Positions 40,810 to 52,850 of a stretch of DNA of 64,000 bases are shown piece by piece. The position numbers and the translations under genes were made by a program. The stretch spans positions 71,238,001 through 71,302,000 of the forward strand of contig OX597820.1 in assembly GCA_951406725.2 (NCBI GenBank), read 5' to 3'. This stretch comes from Octopus vulgaris (Eukaryota). The notes beneath the pieces were generated by a model that had not been told where the DNA came from, ran no database searches, and saw only the letters and a program-made list of their open reading frames with translations. Numbering within the stretch: the stretch's first letter is position 1; every line of letters begins with the position of its first letter.

Positions 40810-41150
40810 TAGAGGTAAATGGTTTAGAAACTTGCTTTGCAACCATGTGTTTCAGGTTCAGTCCCACTGCAAAGCATCTTGTGCCAGTGTCTGCTACTAA
40901 TATAGCTCAGCACTGACCAATGCCATGAGTGAATTTGGTCGATGGAAACTGTATGAAAGCCTTTCATAAGTGTGAGTTTGTCCGCCACCCACTCCACCCC
41001 ACCCCAATGCTTGGCAAAAAAAGACTGGTAGAATAAGCAGCAGACTTTTAAGAAAATCTAAGTACTGGGGTGAGGTTTGATTGAATAAAAGCAATCAAGG
41101 CAGTGCTCCAGCATGACCACAGCCCAATAACTGAAACAAATAAAAGATCA
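40810..41150 (+). mobile_element. Decayed family-A SINE
   Basis: GGTTCAGTCCCACTG...CAGTGCTCCAGCATGACCACAG...GAAACAAATAAAAGA. Confidence 0.65.
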
Positions 41151-41409
41151 AGGCTCACTCTATATATTCTGTACACAACTCAACTCACAGTTGACATAAC
41201 ATGTAGTCTACACAATCAGTTTTGCTTCCCAACCACATGGTTCTAGGTTCAGTTCCACTGTGTGGTACCTTGGGCAAGTGTTTTCTACTGTGGCTTCAGC
41301 CTAACCAAAGCTTGGTTTAAATGCTAATGGGTTTAAGTATCTTCTTCTGTAGCTTCAGGATGACTAATGTCTAGTGAGGGAAATTTAGTAGACTGAAATT
41401 TTGATAACA

Positions 41410-42000
41410 ATAATATTTTCTATTATATATTGGGGGCAGGGGCTAGTTGATTATATTGACCCCTGAACTGGTATTTATTTTAACTTCAGAATGATGAATG
41501 GTGAAACTAACCTCAGAAGCATCTGAACTCAGAATGCAAAGAGCTGGAAGAAATGGTGTCCATCATTTCATCAAATGTACTAACAATTCCACCAGCTTAC
41601 CACCCTAGAAGTGATAACAACAACAACAACAATAATAATCCTTTCTACTACAGGCACAAGGCCTGAACATTTTTGGGAGGGTCAACCTCAGTGGAATTTG
41701 AACTCAGAACATAAGGACGGATGAAATGCTGCTAAGAATTTCATCCAGCATGCTAACAATCCTGCTAGCTCGCCTTGATCATAATAATAATAATTGTTTC
41801 TACTGAAAGCACAAGGCCTCAAATTTGGGGGAAGGGATTAAGTAGATTACATCGACCCCAGTGCGTAACTGGTACTAATTTTATCGACCCCAAAGGATGA
41901 AAGGCAAAGTCGACCTTGGCGGAATTTGAACTCAGGATATAAGGACAGATGAAACACTAAGCATTTCATCCGGTGTTCTGACAATCCTTAATAATGATAA
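41410..42000 (-). mobile_element. Cluster of three family-B SINEs with (TAA)n tails
   Basis: Repeated CACAAGGCCT...GGAATTTGAACTCAG...CTAACAAT segments separated by (AAT)n/(AAC)n. Confidence 0.7.
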
Positions 42001-43061
42001 TAATAATAATAATATGCCCTGATGCAATACCAAGCACTGGCTCTCATGGCTTCTGAACTTAACTGATTGGAAGTGTTATCATGTACATGTTTTGCTTTGG
42101 TGTAAAAGATAGGCTACAGCAAATATTCTGCTCACTATCAGAGATTTGCTCGTCAGTTGTGTGACCATAACCAATTGAGCATGTCCCTAAGTGGCTGATG
42201 ATATGTGCATCTGATCACGAGCAGTAGTAGTAGGGGAGAATCATAACCATGTGTTGAAGGGGATTCTGTGGGGTTTGGATAATTCAGTCTGGAAACATGG
42301 GTGTTTCATTCAACATCCTTAAACAACCTTTACTCAGGGACCTTTTGAGCGGGATGAGCTACTCAACTGGAAGAAAATTCTAATTGGGCCCCACCTGCAA
42401 GGTCATGTGCTGTTTATCCTAATATGAGATCACCATATCGCATACATATGGTTGTAATACATGTACCTGGTGTACCCTTATCAGATGGGTATATTGGGCT
42501 TCGTATATTTTACACGTTTCACTTTGATGGCATGCACTGCTCTCTCTCACATAATAATAATAATAATAATAATAAAGTCAAAATTAAAAGAAGAGTGCCA
42601 TTGTTATCTAGTGAACGATATTTTGACATCTTGTGTGTCTTCAACTGGTTCAAAAAATAAATTTGTCAATCTACTTCATTTTGGTTAATATAGAAAAATG
42701 GCACTGTTCTTTTAATTTTGACTCTATATCTTCGGGAGGAGTTACCTCAATCCTTTCTATATTATTATTATTAATAATTTATTTTCCACGAGGATCAAGA
42801 CGAGAAGTTAATACAAGGACAAATAACAAAACAAAAAAAATTTGGACTGAAGGTGTGCAAAATCAATAAAGAAAAACATATATGATAAACAGCAGTATAT
42901 ACAAAGAGAATAAAGTGCAATATTGCAATATTAATGATTTATTATTGATATATATTGAATTACATATATATAGGGGCACCAAAATTCTATGGGTCTCAAT
43001 CCGGCCCTGCTCGTATATAAGCTCAAGGTTTGCGTTCAGACATGCAATAGAGCAGACGACA

Positions 43062-43228
43062 ATGACTACGGAGGACGTCTGCAACGCCGTGCGTCAACTT
43101 AGAAAAGAATTAATTGATGACTGGTACCTTACAAGAGTTAAATCTGAGTGCAATGTCGATGTAAATGGTGACCAAGTTGTTCCTTTTAATACATTTGCTT
43201 TAAAAACTTCTATTCCTCGAATTCCCAG
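43062..43228 (+). CDS. Candidate first coding exon of an unidentified gene (MTTEDVCNAVRQLRKELIDDWYLTRVKSEC...IPRIP)
   Basis: Apparently non-repetitive, stop-free 55 codons; ACAATG start context; TATATAA at 43014-43020; CAG|GTAATT donor. No recognised homology. Confidence 0.4.
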
Positions 43229-43387
43229 GTAATTTTTTCCATAAGTTCTTTCCAATTAAATATTAATCTCTATGAAAAAAACGCTTAAGGAGTTTTCTAT
43301 TTTTCATTAACGTTTTGTTACTGAAATAACTAATGTTTTCGTTTAATTTAATCAAATATCTTCCAGGTGCGTTCATTTAAATATGTT

Positions 43388-43806
43388 TTAGAGCGAAATA
43401 CGACTTGGAACAACAATTTAATTATTCTTCATATTTAACTCTTCAAAACCAACATGACCGTAGAGTTGTTTAAAGCTGACCTCAATTTGGATCTGGAATA
43501 TCTCTTGATATTCTTGTGTATACCTACACAAATATGCCTCTCAATTTTGTTTCCTCGTTAATTTCAGGAAAATAGATATTTTTTAATGAAATTTTATAAA
43601 ATTAGAGCGAAATACGACTTGGAACAACAATTTATTTATTCTTCATATTTAACTCTTCAAAACCATGACCGCAGAGTTGTGACCTCGATTTGGATCTGGA
43701 ATATCTCTTGATATTCTTGTGTATACCTACACAAATATGCCTCTCAATTTTGTTTCCTCGTTAATTTCAGGAAAATAGATATTTTTTAATGAAATTTTAT
43801 AAAATT
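43388..43806. repeat. Tandem duplication of a ~214-bp unit
   Basis: TTAGAGCGAAATACGACTTGGAAC... starts at both 43388 and 43602; the copies are near-identical with small indels. Confidence 0.9.
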
Positions 43807-44156
43807 ATCTTTCAGATGGTGTTGATTACGATTACGTCGGGATTTAATGTGAAGTAAAGAAAAGAAAATGGTGGGCGCGCACACATACATACTGATGCAT
43901 AATCACATAATTTTTTTCAAAATCTCAAGTTCCATTTTGTAGATAGAATGATGTGATGCGTGTCAGTATGTATGTGTGTGTGCCTTCCATTTTTTCCCGT
44001 TTTACATTAGATTCCAATATAATCGTAATCTACACTATCTGAGAGATATGCTTTTTTTTCTCTTTTTTTTTAGAAAATTTCATTAAAAAATACCAATTTC
44101 TGAAAGTAATGAAGGAAGCAGATTCGGTGGGAAGAAGACACTTGCGTAGGTGTACC
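43720..44156. mobile_element. Old, diverged palindromic (MITE-like) element
   Basis: TATTTTTTAATGAAATTTT...GATTACGATTA...CACACATACATACTGA is mirrored by TCAGTATGTATGTGTG...TAATCGTAATC...AAAATTTCATTAAAAAATA. Confidence 0.6.
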
Positions 44157-44457
44157 CATTAAGCTATACAAACACTGGGCTACAAATAACAGCCAATTCT
44201 CCCTAAAATCTCACTCTGCAGCCTTAAAAAAGAGGAATACGTTAGCAGTACATGGTGTGTAGGGACCCCCCCCCCCAAAAAAAAAAAATTTTTAGATTGA
44301 ATGGTTTTCCTCAATGGTCTTAGAGCGCAGAGGTGGTACTCCCATTAATTATATAATTCAACACTTTCTTCTCCTTTAGAAATGAATATGCAGCGTCAGA
44401 ACTCTGAATGTATGGCAAAATATCATAAAAACATTTTGAATAACAATAAATCGAATT

Positions 44458-47359
44458 GGTACTTGTCAATTGTCGTGGTCCCGGTTTTGCACACGCGAAT
44501 TCGCGCGTGCGCGCCAGACGTAGGTACTCGATACTCGAGATCCTACGAGGTGACTTGCGCATGCGCAGTGCAGAATTCGCGCGTGCGCGTTAACCCCCCC
44601 CCCTAAAAAAAAAAGGTGTTGGATTTCACTAAAAATATATGTGTGTGTGTGTGTGTGTATATATAACATTTTCAATTTTACACAAAAAAATTACATAGTC
44701 GCTTTCCTCGCGGATTTACAGAGAAATGAATTAATTACTATTTTACAGAATAAAATTAATGAATTAATTATATAAATTAAATAATTCTTGAAAATTAATT
44801 AATATTAATAATATTTTTTGAACAAAGTAAATAATTTATAAAACTTGGTTAATAATTTTTTTTACACAAACGCGAACGTATATAATTTGTGAAACTTTTT
44901 TTTTTTACAGACGTATATAATTTGGTAAACTTAATGAATTAATTTCTTCTCATCATCATCATCGTTTAACGTCCGTTCTCCATGCCAGCATGGGTTGGAC
45001 GGTTCGACCGGGGATCTGGGAAGCCAGAAGGCTGCACCAGACTCCAGTCTTATCTGGCAATGTTTCTACAGCTGGATGCCCTTCCTAACGCCAACCACTC
45101 CGAGAGTGTAGTGGGTGCTTTTTACATGCCACCCGCACAGGTGCCAGGCGAGGCTGGCAACGGCCACGGTCGGATTGGTGCCAGTCGAGGCGGCTCTGGC
45201 ATCGGCCACGATTCGGATAGTGCTTTTTACGTACCACCAGTCCAGGGGTCCTGGCATTTGCCGGGTGCCACACTTGCCCCAACATGTCTTCGCAAGCAAA
45301 GGGGGTTGGCATGGGTGCCTGTCGTGGGATGAGGTTCGATATCAACTTCGCTTGCCTCAACAGGTCTTTGTGTATAAATGTATAAATTTTTCGCACTAAA
45401 TTCTTTCCGTAGAATTTATAAAAAAACGCGCAAAATTATTCCGTAGACTTTATCAAATTAAAAAACGCAAAATTAATATATTTTTTGAAATTGCAAATTA
45501 TTTAGAATATAAAACAAATTAAGTTAAATTTTAAAAATAAATGTCATATACTTATACTCTGTAAGGTGCTGTGTTCACACTTCAATTTACTATTTTCTAG
45601 AAATGTTGCTTTTCTAATTGAAACAATTTTTCTCAATCTCCATTTAAAAGTCCATAATGCCTCTTGAGCCATATCAAAATGAACAACTTTGAATTACCCG
45701 GTGGTGGTGGTGGTGGTGTGAGGTTCTAATTTTTTTTCTGATCTCTCTTTGCCCCCTCTTTATCTCAGTTGTTCATTCAGCTAATATTTAGAAAAATTTT
45801 CGCGCCCAATTTTTGTTGTCGCGGGAAAAGATGAACGATTTAAAATAAATATATCTTAATTGTAGTGTGAGAAAGTATATATATTCTGATGACAAAATAT
45901 ATTATCTTTCAAAAACATCCCAAATTTATAGACTATATCGTGTAGGTTTAAGAAATATATATATATATATATATATAGATATAGATATATATATATATAC
46001 ATATATAAGTAGAGAATGAAACATCTTTCATCTGTCTCCCCACCACACCTCCATCTAGGGGGGGCAAAGAGAGATCAGAAAAAAAATTAGAACCTCACAC
46101 CACCACCACCACCGGGTAATTCAAAGTTGTTCATTTTGATATGGCTCAAGAGGCATTATGGACTTTTAAATGGAGATTGAGAAAAATTGTTTCAATTAGA
46201 AAAGCAACATTTCTAGAAAATAGTAAATTGAAGTGTGAACACAGCACCTTACAGAGTATAAGTATATGACATTTATTTTTAAAATTTAACTTAATTTGTT
46301 TTATATTCTAAATAATTTGCAATTTCAAAAAATATATTAATTTTGCGTTTTTCAATTTGATAAAGTCTACGGAATAATTTTGCGCGTTTTTTTATAAATT
46401 CTACGGAAAGAATTTAGTGCGAAAAATTTATACATTTATACACAAAGACCTGTTGAGGCAAGCGAAGTTGATATCGAACCTCATCCCACGACAGGCACCC
46501 ATGCCAACCCCCTTTGCTTGCGAAGACATGTTGGGGCAAGTGTGGCACCCGGCAAATGCCAGGACCCCTGGACTGGTGGTACGTAAAAAGCACTATCCGA
46601 ATCGTGGCCGATGCCAGAGCCGCCTCGACTGGCACCAATCCGACCGTGGCCGTTGCCAGCCTCGCCTGGCACCTGTGCGGGTGGCATGTAAAAAGCACCC
46701 ACTACACTCTCGGAGTGGTTGGCGTTAGGAAGGGCATCCAGCTGTAGAAACATTGCCAGATAAGACTGGAGTCTGGTGCAGCCTTCTGGCTTCCCAGATC
46801 CCCGGTCGAACCGTCCAACCCATGCTGGCATGGAGAACGGACGTTAAACGATGATGATGATGAGAAGAAATTAATTCATTAAGTTTACCAAATTATATAC
46901 GTCTGTAAAAAAAAAAGTTTCACAAATTATATACGTTCGCGTTTGTGTAAAAAAAATTATTAACCAAGTTTTATAAATTATTTACTTTGTTCAAAAAATA
47001 TTATTAATATTAATTAATTTTCAAGAATTATTTAATTTATATAATTAATTCATTAATTTTATTCTGTAAAATAGTAATTAATTCATTTCTCTGTAAATCC
47101 GCGAGGAAAGCGACTATGTAATTTTTTTGTGTAAAATTGAAAATGTTATATATACACACACACACACACACATATATTTTTAGTGAAATCCAACACCTTT
47201 TTTTTTTTAGGGGGGGGGTGGTTAACGCGCACGCGCGAATTCTGCACTGCGCATGCGCAAGTCACCTCGTAGGATCTCGAGTATCGAGTACCTACGTCTG
47301 GCGCGCGCGCGCGCGCATTCGCGTGTGCAAAACCGGGACCACGACAATTGACAAGTACC
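44458..47359. mobile_element. 2.9-kb non-coding fold-back DNA transposon (Merlin-like termini)
   Basis: Arms 44458-45756 and 46060-47359 are near-perfect reverse complements around a 303-bp spacer. Termini GGTACTTG...CAAGTACC. Perfect 8-bp direct repeat ATCGAATT at 44450-44457 and 47360-47367. Confidence 0.88.
44951..45372 (-). mobile_element. RTE LINE 3' tail nested in the left fold-back arm (mirror copy at ~46441-46862 on +)
   Basis: (CAT)n, RTE tail and minisatellite units; the ORF-track translations are identical in the two arms. Confidence 0.9.
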
Positions 47360-50300
47360 ATCGAATTATAGCTAAATGAATAATATTTTATTTCACTTTC
47401 AAAATTGTTTTATTTTCACTTAATGACGAGCGCAAGTCCTCTCTTCATCATGAAGTACCAAGGCAGCGAGCTGCCTTTACGTTCTGTGTTCAAATTCCAC
47501 CGAGGCGACTTTGCTTTTCATCCTTTCGAGGTCGATAAAATAAATGTAATCGATTTATTCCTTCCTCGAAATTACTGGCCTTGTGCCAAAATTTGAAACT
47601 AATCTAGAGGGGCTTCTGCTCGGTCACTCAGATTGCTGGAAATAATTAATAACTTAATTTTCTTAAATTACATAGTGAATAAAAGGGTAAGATAGGACCA
47701 CAGAATTTAGTGTAGACCTAGATATACAAAAAGACGGAATGATCGTGGATGGAACGTCTTTTCTATAATCCCTGTCCCATGTATAATAACAAGTACTGAA
47801 CGTAATCTCCGAGGGTTCCTCTGTGTTGTCGATCGAGCCATTAGAAATAGCAGCTAGACAGACGCAGAATTCACTTTTCGTTTGACATCTAAAAATTTCA
47901 TTTTGTTATTTCCCTCTTTGCATTTTTTAAAATGTAAATTACAAGCCTTATCAGGGAATACTATAACAAAAATAATTTGAATCGTGAAAAGTACGACGGA
48001 GGTGATGGGTTACGAAAAATTTTCTCCAAAAATGCGATTCAAAATGTGGAATATTACAACATGTCAAAGGATAACGAAAATGGAGGAAAAAATGATAGCT
48101 GTTGTTTGGAAGGAAGGATGACGTGGAAGAAGCGAGATGGACTTTTTAAAAAAAAGTCTGCTCTCAAATGTTTTGAAAAGTGGGATTCTATAAAATGAGA
48201 GGAAAAAAAAGCTTCCGATTTATGTGTGACAGCTATTCCGAAAATCCGCCCAATCGCCATATAATTGTCGCTCAACCTGTCTGTCAAATAATAGGCGCGG
48301 AACTGGCAGTCATTTGAGTGCAAGGCTTATGGTTTTGAGTTCAAATCTCATTGAGAATTACCTTTTATCTTTTTTAGACTCAATAAAATAAAGGATGGTC
48401 CTTGTGAAAGTGAAATACATACACCATATGAATAAGGTACGGGAATCCTTTATCGAGAAGTGGGCCGCAATGAGACGAAGCTCATCAACCGGGTCGCACA
48501 AATAAAAAAGTTCAAGGTTTTTCAATGGCATACATTGCAAAAAAGTCCTGCGTACCGTAGTTTGCCCGTAACTCATGAATATACTACAAAGCCGTAATTG
48601 TTTTGTACGGTTTTACTTTTCTCGAACGGTATAGTGGAATTTAAAGTAGGTTGTTTCTAATATAGCACAAAAAACCCTAAGAAAAGAAATGAACAAAAAA
48701 TGGAACAATAAATGTCACATAAAATTCAAAGTTAGTTCGCATTATTTTACATGGTGTTTCATGAAAAGAATGAAAGCAAATATGCCATTTGACAGAAGTA
48801 AAAAATACTGCTTTCTGATTTAGGCAAAAAGACATTTTGTGGAGCGTGGTAACTGACAATTATCAACATCAGTACCTAACTGATACTTTATCTACTCTGA
48901 AAGTCAGAGTTGATATCAACAGTCTTTGAACTCAGAATGTAAAGGGTCTGAATAAATTTCGCATAGTGGAAGTTGTGAATTAGAAGAATGGCGAACCTTC
49001 GGTGTAAGTACCGGAAGTACTGGATACATTTCAAAAAAGTGTTTTTTTTTATATATGGGGGCGGGGGCTGTTTAGGGTTTGGGTTAGGCATGGGAGAAAA
49101 GGGTTTCTGTTATCTTCAGAAATGTAAACAAAGTCACTCGTGTACATATACCGAAGCATCGCCAAGGGCAATCTTTCGGTATTGGTACGCAACGTCATTT
49201 ATCCACACAACCTTCCTTCATGATATAAAGAGGCTAGTCTCGTCTCCTGATACCGACTCTATAGACAATTGTCGAAGGATCACCATGGAGAAATACCGCA
49301 AGATATCTCCTTTCAACGTTCAAACGATTTAACACCACCACCCGGTCCTTAGATATTTCCAAGTATTTCTTCCGACGCTCTGCAACCTCGCCGCTTTTTT
49401 GTGCCAGAATTAAGATACACGATGCTCGAATATTTGTGATAAACTCATTTTAGGCGCTGACCTGGCCTAAAAGCAACGACTATTCATTATTAAGCTAAAT
49501 AAAGAACTTGAAAGTTGCTTAAATGAAATAATTTCTCATTACTCTAGGGACAAGTAAAACACACTAGTTAGATTTTTGAATAAGGAAAAGGTTAAAAAAT
49601 ATTTTTGTGGCATTAAATCACCTTTTGAAGTTTACATTTGTTTTTCTTTTGCCACAGTTAAGAATCTCAGTATGTTTTCATATATGAAAAAGGAGTATAT
49701 TAAAAGGAATGCAAAGCCTGTTTGTATTGTGAACCTCAACACGTTACTTTATTGTTCTTTTCTTTTTATTTTTCTCCAAATAACTATTAGTTCTTACATC
49801 TCTTTTAATATTCTTTTTTATGTGACAACCTGCTGAGATTCCTAACACAAACAATCTTTGCATCTTTTTTTTTTTAGTATGCTTTTTCATATATAAAAAA
49901 CATGTTGAGGTTCATAACACAAACATTCTTCTCTTCCCTATTAATGTACGCTCATGAACACAGAAGTTCTGCCGTGACGAAAAAATAAAAATGAAAACCT
50001 AGAGAAGTTGTTACGGAAGCTAAAATATTTTTTTATCCAAGGAAAATCTAGCTTTAAATGTAAAACATCACATACATCCCGTACATCATTACATAATCCA
50101 TTTAAGGTTAACAAGTATAGTGTCGAAAAATTCGCTTCTTTTTTGTACCCCGAAAGCGCTATTCGGCATAGTTTGTACAATTATATAATGTTGATGTAAC
50201 CGCAGTTTAGTCATTCGTATTTTGTGAAAGCAATTACTTGGAGAATTAATTGTATTTCTAGGGAATAAATATTGTAAATGATGTTTGCATTCTGTTTCAT

Positions 50301-50774
50301 ATATACTAATTAGTACTATCTTCTCTATATTCTATTTTTGTGGGTTCTTTTCCTCAGAACATGTTTGTAATTCTTTTTTTAGTAAATATTTTCATTCATC
50401 GTTTGTAAGTTTTTTTCCCCTCCAAATAAATTTGACGTGGTCATCTTTTTATCGTTTATATTTTTGCTTGCGGTTGTATTTTAAAGTACATAACTCATCC
50501 AGTCGTCTCTAATTGTCTTTTTATTAGAGTATTTTATTGATTTGTTTTTGTTCATGTTATTTTTCTTTCTTTATATATATTTAATTTAAATGTCTGTTGA
50601 CCATTAGCCAAAAACAAATCGTTGATTTGAGCCAAAGACGAAACGGCTATGCAGTCGCTAGACGATCTGCTAAAAATAACAGCCATATCTCAAGTCAACT
50701 CTGAAGGCTTTACTCGATCGCTCAATCTCCCAGAAATAGCAGCTAATGTACTCCACTGTATTACTACACCGTTA

Positions 50775-52390
50775 AATCTTTATTATAGGCACGATGGCCC
50801 GAATTAAGAGGGGACATTACAAAACAGGACATAGGGTACATATAATTAAAAAAATCGAAAAATATGAAGTGAAAATGAATTATTTATAATGAATTAAATG
50901 GAATGGCTTACGAGCCCCCCAAAACTCGCAGTTTCATTTAAAATACTGGACGTTCATCTGTAATGTATTCTATTAACCTCTCCTGGTCTACAATCGCTGG
51001 CAAACTGTTGTAACAGATATATGGTATTTCGCAAACAGTCGAAAACACACTTTTCAATTTCATCAATGTCTCTTTCTCTACGACTGCCGACTTCACTTGG
51101 TCATCAAATATTTTGGGGTTCAACCTAACCCTGATTAAACCTTTCTTACCTGCCAGTCTCTTTTCGATTTCTTTGTCTTTCATATACAATATTACTGCTT
51201 TAAGATTTTTTCCTTCGGGTCTTCCTCCTTCCTTACATACTTTTAACTGTTCTTCCACTCTTCTTTCCCATTCTTGCTCTGCCGTTAAATTTGCCGGTTC
51301 TCTCGCTTTCGCTTTTGCATCCTTATCTTCGCACGTTCGATCTTCCATCTCGTCTGTAGTCTTATTTTTCGCTTTTTTCTTTTTTTGAACTTTAGGTGGT
51401 GATTCCACCCTCGCTCTCTTTCTATCTTCTTTTCCTTCTGTTCTTTCCTTTTCTTTCTCCAACTCGTCACCACTTTCCACATTTTCTGTCTTCACACATT
51501 CTTCATCCGCCATTTGCAATATCTCTGTCCGAGCTTCCAATGTTCTCGTCGGACACACATCTTTCATGTGGCCTCTAATTTTACATGTGTAGCACACTGG
51601 GGGGGGGTCTCCCCTCCACCACGACTCTGAGTCGTGTCTCGTCGGGGAACACCAACTCCTCTGGGATATTATACAGGTCTGGCATGGTTATATGAACCAA
51701 AGCCTGCACCGCATAACCCCACAACTGTACATCTTTTGACCTTTCCACCTTCAATATTTCAACGCTTTCTTTGCAGTTGAATACCACTGCCGCTAAGATT
51801 CCTTCCATGTTCAGCTCCGGCGAAATCTTACTGATTCGCACTCTTACTGCCCCCTTTCCACAACAACTTGGTAATAACATTCATTTTTCTGTTTTCAGTA
51901 TTTGCGTGGCACCCTTCTTCGCCTCGTCCTTGTTTTTAAAATGAACGACCACTGTTGCGTACTTTCTACCTCTATTATAGAAGGTAGGTTCTCCCTCAAT
52001 TCCATTCAGACAGCACTCAATTTCCTCTATCGGTGCCACTTCTATTCTCTTTGAAGTCACGCTCCACGCTCCGTATGTTATAGTACGCTTCTCTGCCTCT
52101 TTCGCTTCCTCTTCGGATGGTGCGACCTTCACACAGTCACCCTCTTTCTTCAAGCTGTCGAAACATTTCTTCAAAATCTCCTTCTCGATGATAACTTCTT
52201 CCAACTGCAATTCGCTCGCAGCCAGGCCCCCGCCTGCCGCTCCCGCATACGTTTGGGTTTGCATTTTCGAGAAAAACCTCCCAAAAATCTCCCACGCTGC
52301 AACTGCTTCCACCAACGAACTCGATCTCACAACCGCGACACAACAATAACGCAATCAAAATTTCCGACACAAACAAAAAAAACCGTATTC
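50775..52390 (-). mobile_element. ORF1-only L1/Tx1-like non-LTR element
   Basis: Short 5' leader, a single gag/ORF1-like frame, a ~150-bp 3' UTR and AATAAA at ~50779-50784. No endonuclease or RT follows. Confidence 0.6.
50938..52264 (-). pseudogene. ORF1/gag-like zinc-knuckle protein with one in-frame TGA (51881-51883) and one frameshift in a G/C run (~51599-51607)
   Basis: N-terminus MQTQTYAGAA (TYAxAA, as in L1/Tx1 ORF1), VVVEGRPP-VCYTCKIRGHMKDVC (CX2CX4HX4C knuckle) and a K/E-rich linker. Confidence 0.7.
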
Positions 52391-52850
52391 ACATTATAAA
52401 ATGACACTGAATAATGTGGTCCTGGCTTCTTTACAAAGGGAAAAATGGGCAAGCTGCGTTTGGAATAGGTCTTCTTATCTCGATTGACTTGGGACTAAAT
52501 CACAACCAGATCTCTCTCAGACTACATTCGAACAGTTGGGAAAAACATATTAAAGAATGTTTTGAATATACAGAAAAGGAAGAAAGTCATGGATAGTGTT
52601 TTTGACCATGAGTTTGTTCGATGCTAAGTGACATAGCAAAACAAATCTTAAGTTTCGTTTATTGGTCAAAAAATCGTAGCACTCTTACGATAGAATATTT
52701 TTCAGAAAACTGACTTTTCGATTCCTATTTAGCACTTCAAATGTGACTCAAGTTATGAGAATGGCCAGTTTAAAATGTACAAAATAGATATTTAGTCATG
52801 TTTTTGTGTATGCGTTTCTTTGCTATATATTCTTGCTAAAAATGTAAATG

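Noticed and set aside
44982-46831. Paired 116/103/94/77-aa ORFs as duplicated genes
   Set aside because: Spurious frames across the non-coding RTE tail, mirrored by the inverted repeat.
44451-47366. Polinton/Maverick interpretation (6-bp TSD, long TIRs)
   Set aside because: The duplication extends to 8 bp, the termini are GG rather than AG/AGT repeats, and no polymerase or integrase sequence is present.
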